64,000 nt of DNA from contig JBJCIZ010001666.1 in assembly GCA_051294375.1 (NCBI GenBank), positions 1 to 64,000 of the forward strand. The letters are read 5' to 3'. Shown one piece after another: positions 11,188 to 22,618 of this stretch; position 1 is the first letter of the stretch, and the number at the start of each line of letters is the position of its first letter. A program made the position numbers and the translations under genes. A model generated the notes under the pieces. It was not told where the DNA came from. It did not search any database and saw only the letters and a program-made list of their open reading frames with translations. The DNA comes from Paraspadella gotoi. Its lineage: Eukaryota; Animalia; Chaetognatha.

Positions 11188-12483
11188 ATGAGTTCCAACG
11201 GATTCTTTCCCTTGAGCCCGAGAACTAGGGTGATCACGACGAGTTCCTTGTACACCTATTTCATCACTTTTTTAAAAGATAATGGAATCGCTACTAAAGA
11301 CAAAGTAACGATAAATGTGGGAGAATGGAAAAACTTTGAATATCAAGCGAACGAAATCGAGCGGGACTTGCGCGAGTTGGAGATAATAATGTGGCAATGG
11401 CCATGCGCGGAGCCCAAAGTCCGATCCCTTTCCAATCGGTTGAAAATTGTGGTTCACGTCAATCATTTTCGAGGCAAGCTGACCCCGGCAATCACGTTCA
11501 GAAGTTGTCTGAACGAAAACATTCACAAAAACAACAACAACAACATTAATGCGAACGAAGGTCCCGCGCACCCGGTCGCCTCTTTGCAACTGGCGGTGAC
11601 CTTGGACGTGGACGAATTCAAGACCTTGAGGTTTTTCTCCAGCGTCATAACTCGTCACATATCCGAAAACGTGACGCAAAGCTTTTGCTGTCGCAAGGAA
11701 GATGTGGATTCGGTGATCGCGCGAGTGAATCAAATGGTTCATTGTTTCGTGAACGGAGGATCGGTTTTTGGGAGTCGACTAACGATCTCTTTGGTGAATC
11801 AAATTTTGCCCGTCCCGAACCTTATAAATTCTTCTTCTACTACTACTACTTGTAGTAATCTATCGCTGCTACCTCTCCCTCAACCCATGGAGACTCAAAT
11901 GCAAGAACAGTCACAGATTCAAGTTCAGCAGCAACAGCAGCAGCAGCAGCAGCAGCAAGAGCAATTTTATCAAAGATATCAAGATGCCTCGGTTAATATT
12001 ATTAATAATAATAATAAATTTGGTATCGATAACATCAACAAAATCGATAAGAAAAAGAAGAAGACCCAACCAACCGCAACGATCCCAACCGTACCTAATA
12101 GTTCTGCCGGCGTCGCTGCGGCTTCCGCATCCGAGGTCGTTGAAGCCGCCGGAAATGGAGGAGTCGTCAGGCGTAGGAAGAATTGTCCTCCGTCTCGGAA
12201 GAAGAAGCGCGTCGAGACTCGGACGAAGGAAGAAGAAGTTGACTTGGTGGGTGCCGCCGCAATAGCCGCCGAAATTGAAGAGGCGATGGAAGGAGTAGTG
12301 GGGAAGGGAGAGGGAGAGGGAGAAGGAGAAGGAGAAGGAGAAAAAGAGGTGGAGATGAAAGAGGATCCAGAAACTCAACCGATGATGGCCGAGTGGGAAG
12401 AGTTGATGGGTTCTTCGGGGATGAGGGAAAGTTTGGAAGCGGACAAGAATTCCACGACTAATAGAAATGGAACTTGCCGTTGA
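11188..12483 (+). CDS. Tandem PC4-like ssDNA-binding/coactivator-domain protein with poly-Q and acidic tail
   Basis: NGIATKDKVTINVGEWKNF...IERDL and VHVNHFRGK...AVTLDVDEFKTL resemble two PC4 (whirly-like) repeats; RKKKR NLS. Confidence 0.6.
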   Translation: MSSNGFFPLSPRTRVITTSSLYTYFITFLKDNGIATKDKVTINVGEWKNFEYQANEIERDLRELEIIMWQWPCAEPKVRSLSNRLKIVVHVNHFRGKLTPAITFRSCLNENIHKNNNNNINANEGPAHPVASLQLAVTLDVDEFKTLRFFSSVITRHISENVTQSFCCRKEDVDSVIARVNQMVHCFVNGGSVFGSRLTISLVNQILPVPNLINSSSTTTTCSNLSLLPLPQPMETQMQEQSQIQVQQQQQQQQQQQEQFYQRYQDASVNIINNNNKFGIDNINKIDKKKKKTQPTATIPTVPNSSAGVAAASASEVVEAAGNGGVVRRRKNCPPSRKKKRVETRTKEEEVDLVGAAAIAAEIEEAMEGVVGKGEGEGEGEGEGEKEVEMKEDPETQPMMAEWEELMGSSGMRESLEADKNSTTNRNGTCR

Positions 12484-12807
12484 AAATCTATTGAAGGACA
12501 TGTGAAAGGAGAGGGAGGGATGGGAAAAAAATTTAGTGAACATTTTGTTAAAAAAAAAATAATTATCGCAAAAAAAGTACTATCTACTATTCTAACTTCG
12601 GTTGGTAGAAGAAGGAATTTGTCTCTTTTTTTTTTTATTTCGCATTGATAATTGATATTAATAATAATAATAATATTGTTGTAAATAATTAAATGAAAAA
12701 TACAAAAAAAATCACAAGATAAATCCGATTTAAACATGTTTTTATTTTTCTTTCTAATAATAATAATAATAATAATAAGACAAAATGAAAAAAAACTAGA
12801 TAGTTAT

Positions 12808-14908
12808 TTAGCGAGCTACATGATGATCATCATCATCATCATCATCATCATTATCATCGTTCGAACGAGAACGAGAACGAGAACGAAAGCGAGAACAAAA
12901 TGGATGGCCGTAAGGTAAAGAATGAAAACGACTAGTCCAAAAACGTTTCACTTCTAAATTGCTCAAAGAAACTTTGGAGAGAGTTTCGAAATAAATCGCG
13001 TGATCGATGGATCTGAATCCTCTATTAACGTTACTGATCGGGAGATCGGTCAACAAAGTCATCTCGTACTGTCCGTGATCGAGTTCGGCCTCTTTCACGC
13101 AACGCTGAACTCCTTTCGCTTTGACCACGTTAGTGATCTTTTTTTTGAGGGGCGGCGAAACCGAAGACGAAAAATCGCCACCGCCGCAACCGCCGCCGCC
13201 GCCGCCGCCCCCCTCCTCCTTGCCGATGCCGTCGCCATCGAAGCCGCCACCGCTGCCGCCGGCGCTACAGCCAGCGCCGCCGCCGCCGCCGCCCGCGCCG
13301 CTCTCCGTTGGCGGACGACGACGATGATGAGAAAGAAGAAGAACCGCATCCTCGCTAGCCGAAGACGGCACGACACTCCTCTTATCCCCTTGCCCCCCGC
13401 CGCGCGCGCGCCCGCCTGCGAAAAAAAAACTTTGTGTGAGTGAGGGGAGAGAGAGAGAGGGCGAGAGAAAGGGAAAGGAGAGTTATGTCGGATATCGGAG
13501 CGCAAGGCTCGGATACGTTATTACGCATCGGACCGGACTGACCGGGTCAGATCGGACCGGAAAAGGCGCGGCGTGTGGGTGCGGGCCTCCGTGCGGGCGT
13601 GCGACCGCGCGTGCGACCGCGGGTGCGACCGCGAGTGCGACCGCGCATGGGCAAACGGATTTCGGCTTGCGTGTTTGCGCACGCACGGATATCGGCACGC
13701 ATGCGCATTTAAAAAAGTTTTTCACTACCATCTTTCTTTCTTACCGATGATTGATTTTGATAGACTCGGACGTTCCCGCGACAGATCCAAGACCCGTTGA
13801 AATTCGGCTTCCCAATCCACGTCTTCCATCGCGGGGATGGGGAGAGGTGATAAGGGGGGAGTGGGTGGACTCGGTAGAACTCTCGGATCGTCCCTTTGCG
13901 CCGGAGGCAATTCGAAGGGCCACCTGAAATGAAATGAAATGATTAGGATGATTGAGTGAACGAACGAACGAACGAACGAACGAATAAACAAATGAATAAA
14001 ATTTTTTCTACATTTACATTTTACCTGCGAGGGGGATTGACTGGCGAATCGATGATTTCCAAAGAGTACAGCTTGGGTTTGAGAGCGATGCAGGAGACCA
14101 TAAAACGATCCTTCATCTCGTCCTGAAAAAAAAAAAAATGGTTAATGTTTAATTATATAAATCATAATAATAATAATAATAAGAAGAAGATTTCTCTCTC
14201 TCTCTCTCTCTTTTTCTTTCTCTATTTTTTTTTTCTCACCTTCATTTTTCCAACTCGATTTTTGTTGTGATCGGCCCACAACTTGAGCATTGGCATGGCG
14301 TCCAAGTTTTCGCTCCAAAAACTGTGAGAGGGCGAGCTGAAAGACGCGATTATTTTGTGTTTTTTTTATTATTATTAATTTTTTTTCAAAACTCAAAATG
14401 AACGCGCCTTACTAGGAAGCGGCAAAGTCCGTGATGGGCGCCAGGAATTTGAGATCTCTGTAGAACGAAGCCCGTGGATCGTTGTATTTCACGTGATACA
14501 CGAAAGAATCTGAATAATTAAATATATAATGATAATTCATTCATTCATTCATTCATTCATTATTTTATCCATTCCCCTCCCTTTTTCCTCACCGGTATCG
14601 TAGAACATGAGAGAGACTTGCACGTCTTTCCTTTCCGGTGGAAACGCTTCGGAAGCCAAAACCACATGTACTCCAAGCCAACCGTTTCGCGTGGTCCAAT
14701 ATTATGGCTCGGTGAGTTCGAGATTAAGGGTTAGGTGGGTAGCGGGGAAAAAGGGGAAGGGAAGGGAAGGGAAGGGAGGGGAGAGAGGGGATAAAAGGAT
14801 GTAAGGATGAGTGTGAGGGAATAAACGGTGGTGGTGCGTAACCTCGCGTTAAAGAAAAATCTCAGTTCTTTCTCTCGAAATATTTATTATTATAATTTTA
14901 ATAATTAA

Positions 14909-14940
<32 letters not shown>

Positions 14941-16262
14941 ACATTCACCTCCTACGTAGTTAGCTTGACGGATGTTAACCTCGTAGTTATGATTTTGAAC
15001 CAAAAAAAGCGTTTCGGAGATCGGTTTGACCGATTTCATTTCCGGTCGCAATACATATCTCTTTAATTGCTTCGTAGTATTAGCTACTCTGGTAAAACAA
15101 TACCTAAACGGCGACTCGATAAATTTTCCATAATTTGAGTTTACTATCAACTTTGGGATTATTTTGCCAAATTCCGTAGTAGCCTGATTGCGCTTTTCCG
15201 TGTGATAATCGACAAAACTCTTAATAAAATCTCTTTGAGCGAACGAATAAACCGAATATATCTTCTCTAATTTTAATCCTAATTTAAGAACGGTAGCCAA
15301 ATTTCTATAGTAAATAAAATAATGATCTTTGTCATTAAGGTCCGCGATAAGTCTAGGGGTAATATTCACTTTTTGTTTGTATTTACGAGAAAGGAAAAGC
15401 TGAAAAGGACTCAATTCCTCATTTTCTATCTTTCTTTTTCCCGTCAAAGGAGGATACTTGTTTAAGAATAATTTTACATTATCCGGAAAAATAATTTTAA
15501 TTTCGAGAATGCATCTGAGATTAACCCAACAACGAGTAAAAATATAACTAAAATTAATAAAAATGATCGAATCTTTTGTTTTTTTTTTTTTCATCGATCT
15601 CTCGCGACACGCCACGTGTCGAAGAAAAACTAAAAAACCCGAATTATATTTTTAAAACAAAAGACTCACCCGCGAGATTCGCGGCCCGTCCAAGTCAAAT
15701 GCACGCCACCCTCCGTGATGTCTCGAAAGAGAGAATCGATTTCCGCTTGAGAATACTCGTAGAATTCTCCGGTGGGTAAATACTCTGATTGACATTTGCC
15801 ATACCTCGAGGACAGTAATAATAATTATATATTAATAACGGAGATAATGTTTAATGATTAAAAAAAAAAAGCCATGTGTCAAAAAATGACTATGATATAT
15901 TAAGAATACTAAGTATTAAAAGTACTCACAAATTTGTAAAGTCCCAGTATGACAAAAATTCCGCAGTGTCCGAGTTTTCCAAGTGCCCCGCTTCCGTCGA
16001 AATAGCGTAATTCAAACGAGATGACACGCCCGCTAGTCCACCCCTGAGCATCGACTAAAAAAAAAAAAAAAAAAAAAAGCGAAAGAGTTGAAACCGTATG
16101 ATGATGAAAAAAAATCGCGAAAAAAGAGAAAAAAAAGAAAAAATTGATTTCACTCACTTTAAAAGCATAATAAATATGACTTTCTTTTTCGCTGAACAAA
16201 TGAAGTTTGCAATTGGTCGTTTTCAACATGACTTGGAAACTGAATGAAAAAGATAAAGATAG

Positions 16263-16300
<38 letters not shown>

Positions 16301-19300
16301 GGAAGCAACGTCATTGGTTCAATCTCGATAACGTGACAGCATCTCAGCAGCAGCAGCAGCCGTATCAATAGGGAAAGGATTGTTCATTCATTCATTCATT
16401 CATTCATTCATTCATTCGATATCTTCTCACCTAAACGATGGTAGAGTCAAGAAGTGGCAAATATCTAATTGATATTGGTCGTAAGAGCATTGGCGAAACA
16501 TCTGAAACCCGCACTCGAGAAACAATGTGTCTAACGCGCAATAGAATAATGTGAAATTTGCAAGGTTCTTTAGTTGAAACTTTTCAAAAATTTCTAAAGC
16601 GTTTGAGTATGCCTCGTCCGAGATTTCTTTATTGGTAATACTATTGAAAAATGCTTCTTTGGGTGGGATTTTAGTTTCGTGGGCATTACTTAAACTGATG
16701 TAATCATAAAAGAACCCCATTTTCCCGGTGTTAATTATATTAAACAGTTTTTTGTCATATCCATTTTCTTCAAAAAAATTAAAAACTGAAGCGAAAACGT
16801 CTCTCGGATCTTTTTTTCCCTCACACTTGGTACAAAACTCGACCGGGTTATCTCCTTCGTATCGACACTCGGTGCACAAATACTCAAACGTATCCTTATT
16901 CGTTAAAGAAATTATGGCGTCCAAGCTGCTTGGAAGAAATTTATAAGTGTCAACGAACTTAGAACGACATATATTTTTGCAGTTGCATTCATCTTTCTCA
17001 ACCTCTCGAACTAATTGCTCCAATAAATCGCCTTCATATTCATCATCATCATCATCATCATCGCTACTCGAGCTGGTGTCATCTCCGTAAATGCTTTCAT
17101 CATCATCATCATCATCATCATCATCTTTCGATCCTCCTCCTTTGTTCTTCTTCTTCTTACTCAAATATTTATCTTGGCAATTGGAACAACGCCAAATAGT
17201 TTCAAAAGTTATCATTTCTTGAGAGCTTTTAGACAGAACGTTTATTAATTTTTTTAAGGCTCCTTGAGCATTATCATCGGCTAATCCTTGAATAATTAAA
17301 TGCTCATCAAATTTATCGAGGTTGTGTAAGTAGATCGGTATGGATTTACTCTCAAAGTATTTTAAATTACAAGACGAACAGCTTTTTCCCCTGTAGTTAG
17401 AAGGGGGGGGTAAGAAATGATCGTGATCTCTACATCCGGGGTCTGACTCGGTAAAAAGTTTATTGCAGATGAAACATCGAGTGGTCATTTGAAAATCTCT
17501 TTCATCCGCATCGGTCATGTGCAGAGGATACGGATTACCGAATAAAACTTGAAAAATTTTTTGCATTTCATCTCTCATCGCGATGCAAAAGTGTGTCGCT
17601 GCGTCTTTACCCCAATAATAACGGACTCTGTTAAATTCGGGATAGGAAAAGTTTGCCGAAACTATGTAAGAATAAGCGATAGGATACAATTCGCACTCTC
17701 GTTGGAGAGAGAGGTGAAGTTTGGAACAGGGCTTCAAAAAACTGCAGATTGTACACTTGGTCACGTGGCGAATATCATTCGAAGATTTGACCCATGGAAA
17801 CCTCGCCTTAATTTCATCGGGCACAGATTCTAAGCCAGGGTCTGGTTGAGGAGAAACAAACGCTTTGGTTCCTCTCTCGGTTTCAAAGTCGGCAAATACG
17901 AGAATTCGTCTATACAGTTTTGCTTCGAAGCGAGTAAAAGACAAAAAAGAGTTTTCGGGTGAAAAACGAATGGCTTGTTTGATCTCGTGTTCTCTACACA
18001 AACGTTTGTGTTTGGTTAGTAACTCTTGCTTCGTAAAACACATTAAGCAATAATAACAAACTGATACTTTTGATTTGTGACCACCGTAGTTAGAAGCAAC
18101 GAGACGAGAGAGATTTGTAATGGCAATTACGTGGCGAACTGTTTCATTATTTTTCAAGGGAAGTAATAAAAGATTAACGATGGTTATTCCATCATTTTCA
18201 ATTTTTGAAGAAATTTTATATGGAAAAAAAATCAATCTGCGACCAATTTTACTTTTTTTCTTCTTCTTTTTTTCATTATTTTCTTTCTTTCTTTTCTTAC
18301 TCTTTTTAGTGTATTGATAAATGTTAATTGCTAGCCAAGAATTTCGTTCCTCAATCTCAATTATGTCATCGATACTCAGTGGTCCGGTCAAATGACCCAC
18401 ATCTAAGGATGGTAAAAAACGAAAATAACTAGTTTTTCTGTTTTTATTAGATGAAACTTTAGTATGAAACAAGGCCGCTAATATCGAATACAAAACGCAG
18501 TTGTCTCTTTCGACAGTTTCAATAACATTAATCGTAGCCTTTTTAGTGGATATAATGGGATCTGTATTTTTAAAACAACCAATCAAGGTGCCTCGATTAG
18601 CTACCTTAATGATGGTCAAATCAGTTCTCAATATGGAGTCAAAAACTAAATTACTTCCCGATTCGACCTTATCTTGCGTCAAAATAGAGACTCGGCTCAA
18701 GGTTTTCTCCAAACTTTCGTTCAAGTCTGATCCTTGATACAACATTCGACTGGGATTATCAAAATAAAAACCCAAGTGAGTTACTTCGCCAGTACTAACA
18801 TTTGTTTTTCGAAAACGAATCAAAAATGTGAGATGGTATTTGATGGTTAGATATTTGTCCAAAAATTCTTTCAATAATATCTTTAACTGATTTCTTAAAT
18901 GATAAAGTTGAAATTCGTAATCTCCTAAAAAGTTAGATTTATCTTCATCTTCATCCTTAAATTTTAACTCAATGGTTTGAATAATATTTTTTTTAAACTT
19001 TTTAGATACGATATCAAAATACTCGGAAAATAATTTATCATCCTCTTTTTTCTCTCTCTCTTTCTCCCATAGTTCTTTCTTCTTCTTCTTTTCTTTTCCT
19101 TTCTCTTTCTCTTTCTCTTTATCTTTCTCTTTCTCCTCATTTTTTTTTTCAACCCTTTTCCCTTATCTTTATTTATCCCACTAACCCCTTTTCCTCGCTG
19201 AACGATCGATTTTTTAAATCCTGGTAAACCCCAAAACTGGGTCGAAGTCCCTTGACTCGCGCAGCTACTAATGCCCCCGCCGCAGCTGCTGCTGCTGTTA

Positions 19301-19527
19301 AAAATGCCGCTGTTCGATCCTTGGAATACGTCTGGTGAGATGTCTGCCGAGCTTTCGCTCGAATCGAATCTAGGAAAATCTTTTTGACTATAATCGAATA
19401 GTATATTTTGTTTTGTCGACAGATCGACCGGTCGATCTTCGTCGCCATTCTCTCCTTCCCCGATAGAGTCATTTTTCATTTTTGTTTTTTTCTTAACGCT
19501 TAAATCTAAAGGTTCATCGCCTTCCAT
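12808..19527 (-). CDS. polB: Full-length protein-primed DNA polymerase B copy 2, with vOTU-like and endonuclease-VII-like domains, interrupted by 10 spliceosomal introns
   Basis: Exons 19527-16431, 16239-16158, 16054-15930, 15804-15670, 15514-14949, 14707-14593, 14509-14413, 14336-14240, 14122-14025, 13923-13745, 13415-12808. Motifs ADFET, HNLDKFD, YCALD, SMLRGG, YWDFTNLYG, KLIVNSNYGK, FYDTDS, VGKMKDE, LKPKLYS, KAKGV, SLPYGH. Two apparent indels (A-run ~19140-19149; ~14670-14680). Confidence 0.93.
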
Positions 19528-19588
19528 GTTTTGTCTGTAATCATTAAAAAATTTCAAAATAATTTTAATGTTTTTTTATTTTTCATAA

Positions 19589-20467
19589 TTAACAATTTAT
19601 CTTGCTCTTTGTTTTAAAAGAAGAAGAAGGAGAAGGATTAAAGGGTGGAAATAAGTTAGTAAATTTTTTAACTTCCGATATACTTAACAATGAAGTAGTA
19701 TAGATTTTCTGCATATCATTTATTTCTTTATCATACATACTATAAATATGATTATTCATAGAAGCAAAACAATTCTCTATATCGATTAAATAATTATAAA
19801 ATTGAAAATATGTATCATCGTAAAAAGATTGAGCCATAAACCTCAAAGATTTGTTAAAAGTATAACTTATCAAAATTCGGTCAAGAATTATCTTAAAATG
19901 CCGCATTCTCGTTTGGTTTAATCGTAATGTTACAAAATTCATTTTCAAGACCTGAACCAAGTGTTTATTTAAATCTACATTATCGAAAGGAGGTTTTTCA
20001 TTTTTAAGCCTTTTAACCATCACCACGAATTGATGTTTCATTTGGTCAAAGTCAAAAAAGGAAGAGTTTTTCAGTTTCTGATATTCCTTTTCCAAGTGCA
20101 GTAGACCCATGATGAATTGGTTCACGTGAGGTAACACATCGCACATTACACAATTCGTTTCCTCGGAAGGAATCATCTTGCACGTGAGAAGGTCCAAGTA
20201 GCACGTTTGCATTATACCAAAAATCAGCATCAAATTTTCGCATAGCTTAAAAGTTGATTGAACCAACTTTTCGCACATTTCCCTTTTCTCAGAATCATCG
20301 TTCATTGATTGATGAAATGCCGTAATGTCCAAATCCATGGGCGTGACATTTTGAAACGAGGTCAACAAATTGGTATCATCATCATCATCATCATTATCAT
20401 CAATGATAGATTCATCAGTTGTTTTTTTTTAATTCTCAATCGTGGGATCGATTTCAATGTCACTCAT
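19589..20467 (-). CDS. Uncharacterised viral accessory protein
   Basis: 259-aa ORF 19589-20368, extendable to an ATG at 20467 across an indel in a homopolymer (~20422-20430). Helical, with a CVMC motif. Confidence 0.6.
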
Positions 20468-20551
20468 TTTATTTTTTTTAAATTTTAACCAAAAAACTAA
20501 ATCAAAATTATATATACAAATATATACATGTAAAAAAGTATCTTTATTTTT

Positions 20552-21370
20552 TTAAACATCGTTAGTAGAATCGATGGGTTCGGTATCGGAATGACCGCTT
20601 TCGCGACGGTGTCTTAAATATAACTCGGTTAAGCTCTCGGGATTAAAAAGAATCTTTTCTTTATTATCTTTAACGGTTAGAATTTGAGCCTTTAATAAAT
20701 CGTAGACCAAATCAAAATAATCTTGTTCATCAAAATCTCCAAGTGCGCAATCGCACAAAATTTCCCTCGTACACGATTTGTATTTAAATTGAGAAGAAAT
20801 ATTAAAATTTCTTTCCATGTCATTCGAAAACTTAATCTTTATTGTACTAAGTTTAATGTAATTTTCAATAGAAAAAAGTGATTGATAATGAGATAGAGAA
20901 AAAGTGTATTCGCTCAAAAAATGAGTGGTGTCTATTGAATAATAAAACGGGGTAGCTATAATATATTTTTGAAAAATATCACAGAGTCTTGATATTTCAC
21001 ACCCTATTTCAAATACGAGAGAAAACAATACTTTCTTTGGTTGAGCTCGATTATTATCATAATTATAAGTCCTAATCGCCTGATTAATAAAATCCATGTC
21101 AACGGTCAAAACGGGTTCGAGCATATCCAAACAACTCTTCAAATGATTAACGTCTAATTCTTCAAAATCAAAAACGGTAAAAAAGTCTTTCTTATAGGTT
21201 TTAATTAGTTTTTTCCTTTCGTAAGCCACTTCCTCCTCATTTCCTGGAATCGTCGTGAGTTCTTTCAGCTCGTCGATTTCGCTATAACGCCTATGCCTTT
21301 GTACAGTGTACTGACGAACTTGCATGTCTGTCACACATCCGCGATTGTTAATCTTTTCATCGTGAACCAA
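20552..21370 (-). CDS. Uncharacterised viral accessory protein
   Basis: 272-aa ORF in AT-rich sequence, same strand as its neighbours. The true start is probably further upstream (~21550) across a frameshift. Confidence 0.6.
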   Translation of the reverse strand: MVHDEKINNRGCVTDMQVRQYTVQRHRRYSEIDELKELTTIPGNEEEVAYERKKLIKTYKKDFFTVFDFEELDVNHLKSCLDMLEPVLTVDMDFINQAIRTYNYDNNRAQPKKVLFSLVFEIGCEISRLCDIFQKYIIATPFYYSIDTTHFLSEYTFSLSHYQSLFSIENYIKLSTIKIKFSNDMERNFNISSQFKYKSCTREILCDCALGDFDEQDYFDLVYDLLKAQILTVKDNKEKILFNPESLTELYLRHRRESGHSDTEPIDSTNDV

Positions 21371-21816
21371 TATGCTCCATTGATTTTGAACGCGTTCCGA
21401 AAGAGTCTCGACATGGGAAGGAAAGTCTTTACGAAATTCGGTTCACGTGTACTAAAAGTTCTAGTACTTGAAACATTTTTATTGATAAAAAGTTTCTTTC
21501 GATCCGTTGGTGACTAACGGAAAATCCACCGTTCGAAATTTCACCATTTTCGGCCATGTTTATGGTTTAATTCTAAAAAATTATAATGAATTTCATTGAT
21601 CAAAAATATAATTCAATTTTAATCAAACTCATAATTTATGATATCAAAGAAGTTAAATAATATTGCTAATGTTTAATTTATAATTAAAAAATTATTAATA
21701 ATCAATATTCCCAATAATCAATATTCCCAATACAAAAAATCAATGTATTTAATAATTAAGCTTTTTGTCTAATCATCATTTTTCCCAAATAACAAAAAGA
21801 TTGCTACAAAGCAATT

Positions 21817-22587
21817 TCATTTAACTCCTTTCACATTCTTTTTACAGTTCGCAACGAAAAAAAATCGAGAAGAGCGATTAACTCTGTCCTTGGTCAGAGA
21901 CAATCCGAAACAGACAGGCGAACAAAAGAACAAAGAGCTAGAATGGGTTTCGTAAACGTATGGTTTTATCTGCATGGTCGCCTTCGCGACGGCCGAGGTT
22001 TGCGGACGAAAGACGCTGATGGCATAAGCCAAATGACTCGAAATCGGGAACTTCATGCCGGATAAACTATCCACGTTATGCGCTAAACTTTCTTTCTTGT
22101 CAAAGTTAGATTTTAAATCCCCTTCGTCCCACATCTCGATCAACTTCCGGGCTTCTTCGTAAGATATGAACAGCTTCAATGGACCAGAAGCCTTCTGCAC
22201 GCGGTCGCTAGACCCCGCCCCGAAAAAGCGTTCCTTAGACACTTTAAAATATCCCTCGCCTCCTTTCTTGTGTTGAACAAAACAGTATTGAGACAAAGGT
22301 TTGATGATCGAACTATAAAAAAAATATAAAACAAAAACCTTACACTATCGTATCGCTAATCTAATTAATATCATTATGAGATACCTGATTCCTTGTACAC
22401 TCGAAATATCAAACGATTCTCCCGCGGTGCTAGGATGGTCATTTCTGTTTATAAATGAATATGCAAAAAACCCATCTTATTTGCATATTCTTTAAGAAAA
22501 ACGCTTGCGCAAAACCCTTCTCTTAAAAAAACCCCTCACCTCATTAATGACACTGGAGTGGAAACGCTTCTTTGACGAAGCATCTGA

Positions 22588-22618
<31 letters not shown>

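Noticed and set aside
13000-13800. Plus-strand Ala/Pro-rich ORFs
   Set aside because: Antisense shadows of the GC-rich last pPolB exon and intron 10.
19140-19149. Programmed ribosomal frameshift in pPolB-2
   Set aside because: Homopolymer indels are common throughout this assembly, so sequencing error or mutation is simpler.
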